In this document: positions 20,301 to 29,671 of the stretch, one piece after another | Position numbering within the stretch: position 1 is the first letter of the stretch | Layout: the number at the start of each line of letters is the position of its first letter | Source: Patescibacteria group bacterium | GTDB lineage: Bacteria > Patescibacteriota > Patescibacteriia > Patescibacteriales > BS150m-G62 | NCBI GenBank assembly: GCA_016784175.1 | Contig: JADHVC010000002.1 | Coordinates: 330 to 64,329, forward strand | Reading direction: 5' to 3' | DNA length: 64,000 nucleotides | Notes under the pieces: generated by a model | Seen by the model: the letters and a program-made list of their open reading frames with translations, nothing else | Told to the model about the DNA's origin: nothing | Databases searched by the model: none | Position numbers and translations under genes: made by a program

Positions 20301-23300
20301 TTACAGTATTTAGCGCACCGCTAGCTAAAGTAACATCAACGCCACTTGTATTGGCACTTAAGTTAAGGTTGGCTGGACTAGCTGGATAATCGTCAGCATC
20401 AGTTCTTTCGATTTCACCATAGCTCGCTGTCCATGTATCGATTCTATATATACCAGCTGGTGCTTTTATGGAATACATACCAGAGCTATTCGTTTGACCA
20501 ATATATTCTTCTCCGCTTAATTCGCCTCCTGCAGTATATTTCAATGCTCTAACTGGAGTGTTTGCTTGAACTTCATTATTGACAGTGATAGTTCCGCTAA
20601 TAGTATAGTAAGTTAGTGTTGTATCTGGAGTAATATTTAATGTTTGATTCTCACCATTAATAGTTACAGTTTCAGTTGTCGATAATCCAAACTCTGGAAT
20701 ATTAGCTTCTACGCTCCAAGTGCCGTTATCAACATAAAGAATGTAATTACCACTTGAATCTGTGATAGTTTTTGCCTGTCCTAGCCCATCTTGTTTGGTT
20801 GCCCAAATTGGAGCTAGAATAACCGCGTTAGTACCGTCTGTAACTTTACCAGAAATGGTGTAGCTTGGCTTGATAATTTTAAATATTAATTTATTTGCAG
20901 CCGTAATTAATGCATTATTTTCATAAACATCAGCCGTTGCATTACCATCTACATTGTTAATATCATTAGCTTTAACTTTAACATTTTTGTTAGTCTTGAT
21001 TGGTAAGCCAGCTTTAAATACTCCAACCGAATAATCACCATCGTTAGCTAATTTTAAAATAAATTTACCATCAGTGTCCGTTGTTGTATAAGACCCTTGA
21101 GTTGTCCCGTTTGGTTGATAAGCATTAACCTGAGCGTTGCTTATTCCAACTCCTGCCCCATCAAGTACGAAACCGACAATCTCTTTAGAAGTGCTTGTAA
21201 GTGTAAGATTAAAGCTTTGAGCGCTAGATCCGTCTGACTCTACATTAATTGGACGAGGTGCAACCCAATTAGGCATACTTACTTTTTCGATTGATGTTAT
21301 TTTTTCGCGCGCTGGCAAGACTTGTATTTTCCAAATGCCAGCCTTAAGATATAGCACTTCTGCAATTGCGCCTCCCGTACCAGTTACTTTCTTTGTGATA
21401 TTTAGTTCAGGCGAATTTGCAACGATATCAACATTCTCGCCATTTGGGATGCCTGTAATATTAACGGTAATTGCTGCAACTGAACCTGCATCAGCTCGTT
21501 TGAATGTAATATTCTTTGGGTTTACACCTGCACTAATAGTGATTGGTTCAGGAGCACTTATGCCAATATAATCTGCGTTGCTACTATCAAGAGTGATAGA
21601 TTGATCTGTAAATATTTGATAATTGCTAAGTGGAAGGCTAGAGAAAGAATAATTTCCAGTACCGTCATTAGCTAGACTGACTATAGTTTCCAATGGACCA
21701 GTTGTTGGTGAATCCAAATAAATTTTTATAGTGTCGCTACCGTCAGTGTCGGCAGGATTAATCCCTAAGATATTTCCACTTAAACTAGCACTACCAGCTG
21801 GTTTAATAAAGAAGGGGAGTCCAGCAATCGTTTCGCTCAAGTAACCATTTTCATCTAAGATCTTCATGTCGACAGAATATCCGCCAGTGTCAGGACCTCT
21901 AGGAATAGACGAATTAACAATTCCAGCTAAGTCAAAGTGTAAATAATCCTTAATTGGAGTAGTTCCAGTCACGCCAAGGTCAACCGTAATTATGTTAGCA
22001 CTTGTATCAATCGTAACACCGTCATTATTTGCCCCGCCAGAAGTTTCTGCTTCAGTTGAGAAGCTGACAGTCCCACTATTAACTTCATTTAAGTCATTAT
22101 TTGCAGGTGAATATACATCCTTTTTAGCGTTATTAATATTAAACCCTTTTGGAAAAGTTAATAATATTTTGTAATTGTCTTTAATTTGTTTATTTGTAGG
22201 AAGGTTAACAAAATAAGTTGTAATTTGACTAGCTAGGGCGTTCATAGGGATAGCTCCCGCTTTCATTATTCCCATGTCAGACATAGAGAGAGTTGCTCCT
22301 TCGCCGCTACTATTAGGAACGAGTTCGCCTTTAGTGCTGCTGCTAGACTGGATAGGTGCTTGAAACGAGGTTGTTCCGCTTAATATATTGCCCGAAAGAT
22401 CAGTCGCCCCACTACCATCTACATTAGCGCTTGCCATATCAACATAGATATTTTTACCGCTAACATTTGCAGTCTGTAGTCCCAAATTTTTTATTACAAC
22501 TGTGTTGCTAACTGCATCATAAGTAAAGCTAGAATTAGTAGTGCTAAGGTCAATATTTGTGCCAGATCCGACTACAGTTTCAGCATCACCCCATCTAAGT
22601 TTATAATTTGTTAGGTTAAGCACTGATGATGACCATTTTTGTGTGTTTGCAGCTGTTGATGCATTCATTGGTTCAGAAAATGTAATAGCTACACCGTTGT
22701 CATCTGCATTGCTAAACATTATCTTTGGCGCAATTGTATCTAGCGTAGAGTTTGTTTGAAAGTAAACCACAGTACTGCTAGCTAAATAGTTACCAACCAT
22801 ATCGGCTAGACCATTCGAGCCGCCAATAATTTTTAAAGCATAATTTGCATTTGGGGCCAATACTTGACTTGGAATAAAATTCAATGAATAGGTCTCCGCA
22901 TTGTAGTTAATATTACCACTAATTTGTGATGTTCCTCTTAGTAAAGAAATTGTATTTGAATTAATTGTTGTTGGATTAATGCCTTCTGAAAATTGAAGAA
23001 TCAGTGAACCAGGATTAATCGATATATTTGTAGCGTTGTTGGCTGGCCAAGTGCCAAGAATGGTAGGTCTGGTACTATCAACAACAGAAGTTGTATTTAC
23101 TTTAAAGCGACTTGCAAACACAACGCTATTCGCAGTATTTCTGCTAATATTAGGATCACCCATTGGTATTCCACTAGCGCTTTTTAATGCCCCGGTTGCT
23201 ATTATTTTGTAACTACCTGCTATTAAATTCGAACTTGGTGTAATTGTTATATTTTTCTTTGTGCTATCAATACTAACTGTTGAGCTAACAAGAGTCTCTA

Positions 23301-26046
23301 TTTCGACATTATCACTAATTGTAGTTTTTAAAAGTTTAATATTACCACTTGCAGTGATAGAGCTAGTATCCATAGGATCAGAGAAGCTGATATTTATCTT
23401 TGTATTTGGTGCAATATTAGACATTCCATCGCTAGGAGTCACCCCAATAATTCTAGGTGGTGTCATGTTGCCTTGTCCAAAATTAGTCCACGCATCTTCT
23501 GTACTAAAATCAGCTCCAGTAGTAAATGTAATAGTATAGTTTCCATTCGAATTGTTACCGACTATGCTATTGCCAGACATGTCTCTAATATTGCCACTAA
23601 TTATTAGAGTGTAAGTTTTATTAGCTTCTAAACCTTCACTTGGTACCGTAATAACTCCTAGGTGAGTATTGTGAGAAAATCCATACGCAACATTGTCGTC
23701 ATGATTGTCGCTATGGACAACAGTGTATCCTGCCACTGGATTGTTGATTGGATTAGTTTGATCGGCACTTAATACTACATTGCTCGTTGTAAATAAGGTA
23801 GAATCAATATCTTCGGAAAAAACAACAAATATTTTATAACTACTATCCTTGGGGGGTACGCCGGTTTGGCTATCAGTTGGGAAGGTCGCAACGATTATAG
23901 GTTTAGTGTTATCACCTGTTGATCCACCACCTGTCCCAGTGTAAAGGACTTTGTTTTGACCTGTAATGTTTGAGCTTCCGACAAAAATGTCCGAGATCGA
24001 TTCTTCAAAATAATTATCCTTAGATATCACGAGGTTGTAAGGGCGATTGTTCTTGACATCTAAAGTGTAATTGCCACTTGAATCTGTAGTAGCAGAAGCA
24101 CCAGTGCCCTCTGCAAATACGAGCGCATTAGAAATACCAGCACCTTGTTCGTCTACAATGGTCCCAGATATAGTGCTTGTATCGCCCCAAGCACTCGAGT
24201 CTTCAACTTTAATAACTAAAGGTGATGATTCTGCTTCTTCGTGTGTTATTGCAAGTGGGTCAGCTGAAAGTTGAGTTTCGCCATTGTTAGTTAATACTTG
24301 CAAATGGTAAAGTATTCCGTTTGTGATTGCGTCAGTATCATCGATATGCGCCTGAGGGATTGTGAATTTAAAGTAACCATTCGATTCTCTAGAGCCAATA
24401 ATATGGTAATGTTTTGGGTCCAGATGGTTCATGACTCCTGTGCCGCTGTCGATAGCGTAATGTAATTCTGAGCTAATATTGATGGTCGGTGTTCTTGGAT
24501 CACTAGCTTGGATAAATATATCAAGGTCAGATCCAGCTTTTGCAATGTTTATTGGCATGTGCTTTATCATTGGACCGTTAGCAGCTTGTCCACCATAATT
24601 CGAGAAATTTGGTTGTTCGGTTGGTGATGCAGAGCTTTGCGGGTTAATAGTAGTCCTTTTTACAAAATCAAGTGCATTATTGTCAGCATCCCACCCATTA
24701 CCCATGCTTTCATCTTTCCCACCACTTATCATGTTGACCAATATTGATGTCCCAAAGGCCTTTCTTTCTAGTGATTCATTGTCGCTAAGAGCACTAGCAG
24801 CAAAGCTTTCTGCATACTCTGCAGAACCCCAACCTAGTTTGTCAGCTTCTTTTGTTCCAGTAAATAATCGTATGTGACCACCTTCATCAGTTAAGCCAAT
24901 AACAGACTTGCAGTAATCTAGTGTACTCGCCGGACAAGTCATATCTGCTGCGCCATAAAATTTTGCTGACCCAATTAAGTAGTAGCTATAAGGCTCAATG
25001 TATGTGTTGGCTGGAAGCGTAACCTTTGTACTCCATGACTCAGAGGTGGCAGTACTGTATTGTAACATCCATCCACCTATATTCACCCTTGTACTTCCAG
25101 AGTTATATAGCTCGATGAATTCTGACCAAGCTTCTCCGTTAATTCTTGTAGCTAATTCCGATATCCTTACATTAATCGGATAAGTAATACTTTTTACTGT
25201 CTCTACTCCAAGATTACCAGCGATATCTGTAATATTAGGCGAAATTGTTAGTGTAGTATCTTCGGTTGGAATTACTTTGCTCGATATTATTCTGTAAACA
25301 TTGTCTGAAATTTTGTCAACTTGATGAATAGCTATTTCATTATTAAAGGTATAATTGCTTGCATTTTTAGCTAAAATTTCTTTTACAGCTTCGGAGAATT
25401 TTACATCAACCGATATGGGGTTAACTAAGTTAGCATCTTCTACCGTTGGTTGAATAGAGTCTATAGTTATTGCGCTTGATGTTATTGTAGACAATGGCTC
25501 AGCACCATCATCACTTAAAATTACTCCACCGGGCACTATTGTAACTCTTATTTCGTGGTCAGCAGAGCTAGCTGCTGCTGTTTGAATTGTAAGATAAAAG
25601 GTTTTACTAGTGCCAATCGAAATGGAATTCTTTAAAAAAAGATAAATTTCACTTTCACTGTACCAGTCACTAGATGAATCCAGTATTACTAAGCTATCAT
25701 TCGAGTCAAACCCATTGGCTAAACTTTCAGATTCTTGATAAAGAGAAACGCCACTCAATGAACTGTCGTTAATACTTTTTAAATCTGCTTGCGAAAAGCC
25801 TGTTCCATTAAGTTGAACAATTATATCTGTTAGTTTTCTACCAGGCTTACCCGCTATATCTATTTGAAAAACGGCTCTTGAGCTAGAGTCTTTTTTTATT
25901 TTATTGTTCGTTTGATCAATCAAATCAGTAATAACTACCGATCCATCATTAGCACTCGCCTGCATGGGTGCTAAAAAAATTACTAATAAAAAACACACCA
26001 TTAAGCGTGCGAAATGATACCATGTTCGTTTTGTTTGTTTGATCAT
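17341..26046 (-). CDS. Giant (2901 aa) secreted surface protein: lamin-tail domain, Big_5-type Ig domains, carboxypeptidase-regulatory-like repeats, FN3 pair, Gly linker and a C-terminal helical module
   Basis: Signal peptide (..PMQASA); VRISEL...EFIELYN (lamin tail); repeated P....I.I.FSE/D.MD/IN (Big_5); ISG.I.D...TTD..G.Y repeats; two FN3+Cys units; G8 linker; YGT..T.KLGAGERAG...KIANGRW C-terminus. Confidence 0.85.
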   Translation of the reverse strand: MIKQTKRTWYHFARLMVCFLLVIFLAPMQASANDGSVVITDLIDQTNNKIKKDSSSRAVFQIDIAGKPGRKLTDIIVQLNGTGFSQADLKSINDSSLSGVSLYQESESLANGFDSNDSLVILDSSSDWYSESEIYLFLKNSISIGTSKTFYLTIQTAAASSADHEIRVTIVPGGVILSDDGAEPLSTITSSAITIDSIQPTVEDANLVNPISVDVKFSEAVKEILAKNASNYTFNNEIAIHQVDKISDNVYRIISSKVIPTEDTTLTISPNITDIAGNLGVETVKSITYPINVRISELATRINGEAWSEFIELYNSGSTRVNIGGWMLQYSTATSESWSTKVTLPANTYIEPYSYYLIGSAKFYGAADMTCPASTLDYCKSVIGLTDEGGHIRLFTGTKEADKLGWGSAEYAESFAASALSDNESLERKAFGTSILVNMISGGKDESMGNGWDADNNALDFVKRTTINPQSSASPTEQPNFSNYGGQAANGPMIKHMPINIAKAGSDLDIFIQASDPRTPTINISSELHYAIDSGTGVMNHLDPKHYHIIGSRESNGYFKFTIPQAHIDDTDAITNGILYHLQVLTNNGETQLSADPLAITHEEAESSPLVIKVEDSSAWGDTSTISGTIVDEQGAGISNALVFAEGTGASATTDSSGNYTLDVKNNRPYNLVISKDNYFEESISDIFVGSSNITGQNKVLYTGTGGGSTGDNTKPIIVATFPTDSQTGVPPKDSSYKIFVVFSEDIDSTLFTTSNVVLSADQTNPINNPVAGYTVVHSDNHDDNVAYGFSHNTHLGVITVPSEGLEANKTYTLIISGNIRDMSGNSIVGNNSNGNYTITFTTGADFSTEDAWTNFGQGNMTPPRIIGVTPSDGMSNIAPNTKINISFSDPMDTSSITASGNIKLLKTTISDNVEIETLVSSTVSIDSTKKNITITPSSNLIAGSYKIIATGALKSASGIPMGDPNISRNTANSVVFASRFKVNTTSVVDSTRPTILGTWPANNATNISINPGSLILQFSEGINPTTINSNTISLLRGTSQISGNINYNAETYSLNFIPSQVLAPNANYALKIIGGSNGLADMVGNYLASSTVVYFQTNSTLDTIAPKIMFSNADDNGVAITFSEPMNASTAANTQKWSSSVLNLTNYKLRWGDAETVVGSGTNIDLSTTNSSFTYDAVSNTVVIKNLGLQTANVSGKNIYVDMASANVDGSGATDLSGNILSGTTSFQAPIQSSSSTKGELVPNSSGEGATLSMSDMGIMKAGAIPMNALASQITTYFVNLPTNKQIKDNYKILLTFPKGFNINNAKKDVYSPANNDLNEVNSGTVSFSTEAETSGGANNDGVTIDTSANIITVDLGVTGTTPIKDYLHFDLAGIVNSSIPRGPDTGGYSVDMKILDENGYLSETIAGLPFFIKPAGSASLSGNILGINPADTDGSDTIKIYLDSPTTGPLETIVSLANDGTGNYSFSSLPLSNYQIFTDQSITLDSSNADYIGISAPEPITISAGVNPKNITFKRADAGSVAAITVNITGIPNGENVDIVANSPELNITKKVTGTGGAIAEVLYLKAGIWKIQVLPAREKITSIEKVSMPNWVAPRPINVESDGSSAQSFNLTLTSTSKEIVGFVLDGAGVGISNAQVNAYQPNGTTQGSYTTTDTDGKFILKLANDGDYSVGVFKAGLPIKTNKNVKVKANDINNVDGNATADVYENNALITAANKLIFKIIKPSYTISGKVTDGTNAVILAPIWATKQDGLGQAKTITDSSGNYILYVDNGTWSVEANIPEFGLSTTETVTINGENQTLNITPDTTLTYYTISGTITVNNEVQANTPVRALKYTAGGELSGEEYIGQTNSSGMYSIKAPAGIYRIDTWTASYGEIERTDADDYPASPANLNLSANTSGVDVTLASGALNTVTLAFTNGLSSQEAIINIDSTTNEFHKNIKLSTLASNAAIKLKNGTYLFHMHIPGIGSIEPATNPVTFNGDSTVTFVLPDSATEIFTLTGTITDTSGPIENAWVWVGNEALGDYLGDTTDATGAYSITVKNGNYKTGVEATGYIPQPPTAIVISADTAADYELVSANRSITGTIYNDLNSDTDYDAGEEVLDGWVWVEDTINKKRIGATTKSDGTFSIPVVDSTYRLKAVADGYSQSTFGTITISGSDSNSNNIRLTPIANWDTKLKAQSITPSSGGSLDNSGAGGSGIRIIVPPNALGSEATSGSITSKEVSNVSQTSTASPLGGIGKEITANDSSGAAITNLSNDIEIELVYYKDEISAALSNYAKLSTLTNSYWDTSLSNWVAMSTTKTAYTKADVNDTDWTTVTDFSAFATALAGNANTYADYKIALNSNTDHLTIFGATTPTDSTAPDAPTGLSQTAGNGTSVTINWADNVENDLLEYEVYRATSTGVTADIANQVNGSQVTASNFTDATTAAFTVYYYTVTAADDSGNESVIATELQLCSNSTVANGSIDNNCVITCNLGFTKNGNFCADVTAPIAPTNLSQTSGTGTTVVLNWDDNTEPDLAKYNIYRDAVTGFTASSTNMVNVIDITTSTFTDATTAAFTVYYYQITALDTGNNESATSTEIQVCSNKTVNNGSINNSCVITCDNGYELSGNSCNAIYVAPSNNGGGGGGGGYVSDVAPTYQVYDANGNLSTTTVLTTNRLIPAWQAIVDKANALARLTIDAKVAEAASTESKSQEQANTSDSDLIKSILSEAKEVFAANIDAFVAKFNTKRNLESEALTNTKYISELVKKQVVSDESKTAMNEFITYGTFTTLKLGAGERAGAVSSFKSAFDRLPTTLTDWEDVIKIANGRWTNQRNAASEERAIQEFKTIYKRVPDRINPHDDAAVTIIAYGLRPTNRNLDSEKAAIKSFKNIYKGNPKSALAWDIVRAIAYSGAKR

Positions 26047-26204
26047 AGGAGGCAGCTGGAAACAAAAGATATATCTTATATATGTGCTAATATATCCTTA
26101 CTTCGATTATTTATAAAATAGTATTCAAAAATTGAAAGGTGGAGTTTTCCACATCTGTAATTCTATTATAACAAAAATGCGAGTATTTGCTTAATCGCAT
26201 TAGT

Positions 26205-26269
26205 GTAACTGCCCGCTATATCTGCATTATTTTTGAGCGCATATGGAATATGTAGTAATTTTTAGCAGA
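26205..26269. mobile_element. Partial MITE copy (~65 bp)
   Basis: gtaactgcccgctatatctgcattatttttgagcgcatatggaatatgtagtaatttttagcaga. Confidence 0.9.
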
Positions 26270-26273
26270 TTAT

Positions 26274-27176
26274 TTATTCGATGCCTAACTCTATTTTATA
26301 TTTTTTTATCCAATCTGGTAAGTTTATCTTTGGCGTCCAATTTAAAAGTTCGTGCGCTAAAGTATTGTTCGCTAATGTTTCGCGCGGTTCAATTCTAGCT
26401 GGTATGTGAATCGAGTCTCCACCTATCATCAAAGCTACTTCATTAACGCTATAATTCTTTCCTCGTCCAATATTAATCACTTCTCCTCTACCAACATTTT
26501 TACTTTTAGCGGCAAGTATATTGGCCTCTACTACATCGATAACGCTGGTAAAATCTCTTTTTTGTTCACCATCGCCAGTAATTGTTAGGGGTTGACCTTT
26601 TAGTCTTTGGTTTGCAAAAATTCCCATAACTAAACAATAAGCGCCTTCGAGCAACATACGTTGTCCATAAACATTAAAATAGCGTAAAGATACCGTTGGT
26701 AAATTATATAGGTCGCTAAATAAACGACAATAAAGTTCTCCTATATATTTTTGAAGTCCATATGGACTCATAGCCTTGGTTGGCATATTTTCATGCAGTG
26801 GCATTTCGACTTGATCTCCATATGCAGAAGACGATGCACTATATATTACTTTTTTTACTTTTGCATCACGAGCTGCTGTAAGAACGCTAAGAGTTCCATT
26901 TAAATTTATATCATTTGATGCAATGGGATCTTTAATGGAAGGCTCAACTCTTGCGAAAGCAGCAAGGTGAAAAACATAATCGACACCTTCAAATAAAGGT
27001 TTAATTTTAGCAAAATCACGCATATCTAATTTGTAAAATTCAGCTTCTTTGTTAATATTCTCCTCTAATCCTGTCGACAAATTATCAATAATAATTACTT
27101 CATTTCCTTGTTTAATTAATTCATCAGTTAAATTGGAGCCAATAAAACCTGCTCCTCCTGTAATAAGACATTTCAT
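26274..27176 (-). CDS. NAD-dependent nucleotide-sugar epimerase/dehydratase (UDP-hexose/HexNAc 4-epimerase-like)
   Basis: GGAGFIGS, ASSSSAYG, YGLQK (YxxxK), LRYFNVYG, GDGEQKRDF. Confidence 0.92.
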   Translation of the reverse strand: MKCLITGGAGFIGSNLTDELIKQGNEVIIIDNLSTGLEENINKEAEFYKLDMRDFAKIKPLFEGVDYVFHLAAFARVEPSIKDPIASNDINLNGTLSVLTAARDAKVKKVIYSASSSAYGDQVEMPLHENMPTKAMSPYGLQKYIGELYCRLFSDLYNLPTVSLRYFNVYGQRMLLEGAYCLVMGIFANQRLKGQPLTITGDGEQKRDFTSVIDVVEANILAAKSKNVGRGEVINIGRGKNYSVNEVALMIGGDSIHIPARIEPRETLANNTLAHELLNWTPKINLPDWIKKYKIELGIE

Positions 27177-27207
27177 AAATTTAAATTTAATTATAAGTAA
27201 TATTAAG

Positions 27208-27396
27208 GTAACCGCTCACTGTGTCTGCATTATTTTTAAGCGCATATGGAATATGTAGTAATTTTTAGCAGAACTTAACTTAAAAAATTTTATGTTTGAG
27301 TGAAGCAAGTTTAAAATTTTTGTTAAATTGTGTGTAAAAAATTGCACAATATTCCATCCTAAGCGAAAAAGTGATGTAGATATAGTGAGCAGTTAG
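27208..27396. mobile_element. Full-length MITE copy (orientation B)
   Basis: 189 bp; gtaaccgctcactgtgtctgcat ... atgtagatatagtgagcagttag. Confidence 0.9.
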
Positions 27397-27412
27397 TGTT
27401 ATTTTTATATTA

Positions 27413-28510
27413 TTAGCTTGGTAAGCTAAAGTAGAAAGTAGTTCCTTCGTCTTGGTGCGACTCAAACATTATTCTTCCGTCGTGTCCGTCAATGATCTTT
27501 TTAACAATGACTAGACCTAGTCCTGTTCCCACATTTTTTTCCGAATAAGAGTTTTTCGCTCTAAAGAATTTAGTGAAAATATGAATTTGGTCTTCGTCTG
27601 GAATACCTATGCCAGAGTCAGTTATTTGGAATAGTACTTGGTTGTTGGTTTTTTTGGCTTTGATTATGATACTCGATTTAGTTTTTGAATAGGTGATCGC
27701 ATTATCAATTAGGTTAAGAAAAACTGTTTTTATATTTCCTTCATTTACCATAATTTTTAAATTCTTTGGAATATCAACTTCAACTTCCAATTTTTTTTGT
27801 TGAATTCTTTGGTTAAAAGAGCTCACAATATGAACTAATAGCTCGTTTACATCAATCTTGGTTAAATGTGTTGCATGATAATTTTCACCCAGCTCTAAAA
27901 GTTTAAAGAGATCATTAATTATAGCTGTACTTGCTATGCTTGAAGTTTCGATCTCATTAATAAGCGGCAAAAGACCGCGAGCCTTAGGGATCTTTTTGAT
28001 CTGCACTCGTAGTTCATTCGCTTCAAGCTGTAATTTAGAAAGGGGAGTTCTAAATTGGTGTGAAGCACCGGTAATAAATTCATACTTTTCTTTTTCCTGT
28101 TCACGAATAGAAATTATCATTTCGTTAAATGTTTTTGCTAATTCGTCTAGCTCACTGCCATTTTCATTGTAATCAAGTGCAAAATTATAATTTCCTTTTT
28201 GTATCCTAGTAACAGCTTTAGATAAGTTTTTGATCGGGCTAATTAGCCTTTGTGTTATGTAAAAGATTAAAAATGACACAAATGACAATATTAAAACTAA
28301 TGAGAAGAACAAATTTTTCTTCATGATTTTTAATTCAAGATATGGTCTATAAGCATCAATATTTAAACCTTGGCAAGATAGCGCTAGATTATTGCAAAAA
28401 CTTAAAGAGGTGCTCAATATACTAATGGCCGTTACTAAAATAACCATTGTAAAAAAAGCCAATACAAGCTTTGTTTTTATTGATAGGTGTAGGCCACTGA
28501 ATACCTGCAT
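27413..28510 (-). CDS. HAMP-domain sensor histidine kinase (no adjacent response regulator)
   Basis: Two TM helices, HAMP, H-box ASHQFRTPLS, N-box NLIDNAITY, DSGIGI and GTGLGL. Confidence 0.93.
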   Translation of the reverse strand: MQVFSGLHLSIKTKLVLAFFTMVILVTAISILSTSLSFCNNLALSCQGLNIDAYRPYLELKIMKKNLFFSLVLILSFVSFLIFYITQRLISPIKNLSKAVTRIQKGNYNFALDYNENGSELDELAKTFNEMIISIREQEKEKYEFITGASHQFRTPLSKLQLEANELRVQIKKIPKARGLLPLINEIETSSIASTAIINDLFKLLELGENYHATHLTKIDVNELLVHIVSSFNQRIQQKKLEVEVDIPKNLKIMVNEGNIKTVFLNLIDNAITYSKTKSSIIIKAKKTNNQVLFQITDSGIGIPDEDQIHIFTKFFRAKNSYSEKNVGTGLGLVIVKKIIDGHDGRIMFESHQDEGTTFYFSLPS

Positions 28511-28565
28511 GTAATTTTAGATCTTATTATTTTAATATTTACTTTAATTATAGCACACAAACAAA

Positions 28566-28844
28566 TTAAATTTTTTTCCACTTATCAACAAATTGACCAA
28601 TACCGTTTGTGTTGAGTTTATTTTTTAGTTTAACATTTGAATATAAGAAAAATATTAAAGATTTTAGCTCAATTGAGTATCTATTTTTGACAACTCTATA
28701 TTCTATAATATTAGATTGAATAGCGCGTCTAATAGTTTTTGTTTGTATTCCGCCCAACTTAGCTGCCTCTGACACCGAAAGCCAGATCGCGTTATGGGTA
28801 TTTTTTGTCGTATCTATTGGCTGATCCATAATAATAGAGCTCAA
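28566..28844 (-). CDS. Small excisionase-like helix-turn-helix protein; start may be ATG 28829
   Basis: WLSVSEAAKLGGIQTKTIRRAI matches the HTH_17/MerR-like pattern. Confidence 0.75.
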   Translation of the reverse strand: MSSIIMDQPIDTTKNTHNAIWLSVSEAAKLGGIQTKTIRRAIQSNIIEYRVVKNRYSIELKSLIFFLYSNVKLKNKLNTNGIGQFVDKWKKI

Positions 28845-28987
28845 AATTTCAAACCCATTTTTATAAATATAGTGTCATATTGGTAACTATATTTCAAGTT
28901 TAAAATATTTGGTTATTTAAAATAGAATGCATGCCTAAGCGGTTGCAAGTTTTTTAAGCTCAAGTTTGACAATTACCGCCTAAAACC

Positions 28988-29016
28988 TTGCAATTTTGTG
29001 TATATTTTGCTAATAT
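28988..29016 (+). promoter_or_regulatory. Sigma70-type promoter upstream of the ECF sigma gene
   Basis: TTGCAA-N17-TAATAT with a TG extended -10. Confidence 0.55.
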
Positions 29017-29047
29017 TATATCAGATTCAAGAAAATTACTTCACTAC

Positions 29048-29073
29048 TGTAACACTTTTATTTTAAAATCGTA
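29048..29073 (+). promoter_or_regulatory. Putative ECF-sigma autoregulatory promoter
   Basis: TGTAAC-N16(T/A-rich)-CGTA, matching the AAC...CGT consensus of SigW/SigX/SigM-type promoters, 25 nt before the ECF ATG. Confidence 0.65.
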
Positions 29074-29098
29074 TTAATTAATAGAAACGACAAAATCA

Positions 29099-29671
29099 AT
29101 GGCTTTTCAAAAACAACTCGGGAAAATTATAGACGCTGGCAAGGAGAAAATATTGCTAATCAGGGTGAAAAACAAGGACAAAAGTGCTTTTGTAGAAGCC
29201 TATGATAAGTATGTCGATCAAGTTTATCGATTTATCTATTTTAAAGTTTCTGACAAGGAAGAGGTCAAGGACTTAACATCTCTGACATTTTTGAAGGCTT
29301 GGGAGTATATCCAAGATAGAGGTATTAATGAAGATCGTAGTATTAAGGCATTGTTCTACAAGATCGCGAGAAATGTCGTTATAGACTACTACAGGGCTCA
29401 AAGTAAAAGACAGGTTACATCCATAGAGCTCTTAGGTGAGATCCGATCAGATGTAGATATAATCACAAACCTAGAGAATAAACTGGAGATCGAAAGAGTT
29501 TCTGGAAAAATGCTTCAATTAAAAAGTGAATATCGCGAAGTTTTAATGTTCTATTATGTTGATGAACTTTCAACCAGAGAGATCGCAAAAATTTTAGGTA
29601 AGACAAGTGGAAATATAAGAGTTACATTGCATAGAGCTTTAAAAACGTTTAAAGAAATCGTAAATGAATAA
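29099..29671 (+). CDS. ECF-type RNA polymerase sigma factor
   Basis: Region 2 (YDKYVDQVYRFIYF...DLTSLTFLKAW...IARNVVIDYYR) and region 4 (LSTREIAKILGKTSGNIRVTLHRA). Confidence 0.95.
   Translation: MAFQKQLGKIIDAGKEKILLIRVKNKDKSAFVEAYDKYVDQVYRFIYFKVSDKEEVKDLTSLTFLKAWEYIQDRGINEDRSIKALFYKIARNVVIDYYRAQSKRQVTSIELLGEIRSDVDIITNLENKLEIERVSGKMLQLKSEYREVLMFYYVDELSTREIAKILGKTSGNIRVTLHRALKTFKEIVNE

Noticed and set aside
17552..25183. Many 60-150 aa antisense ORFs inside the giant surface gene (likewise inside dnaE and the S-layer-like gene)
   Set aside because: Shadow ORFs caused by codon bias of the real genes; no motifs or start signals.
28566..28844. Excisionase-like HTH as a sign of a prophage or ICE
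   Set aside because: No integrase, att site, tRNA or phage genes nearby; context is chromosomal and regulatory.
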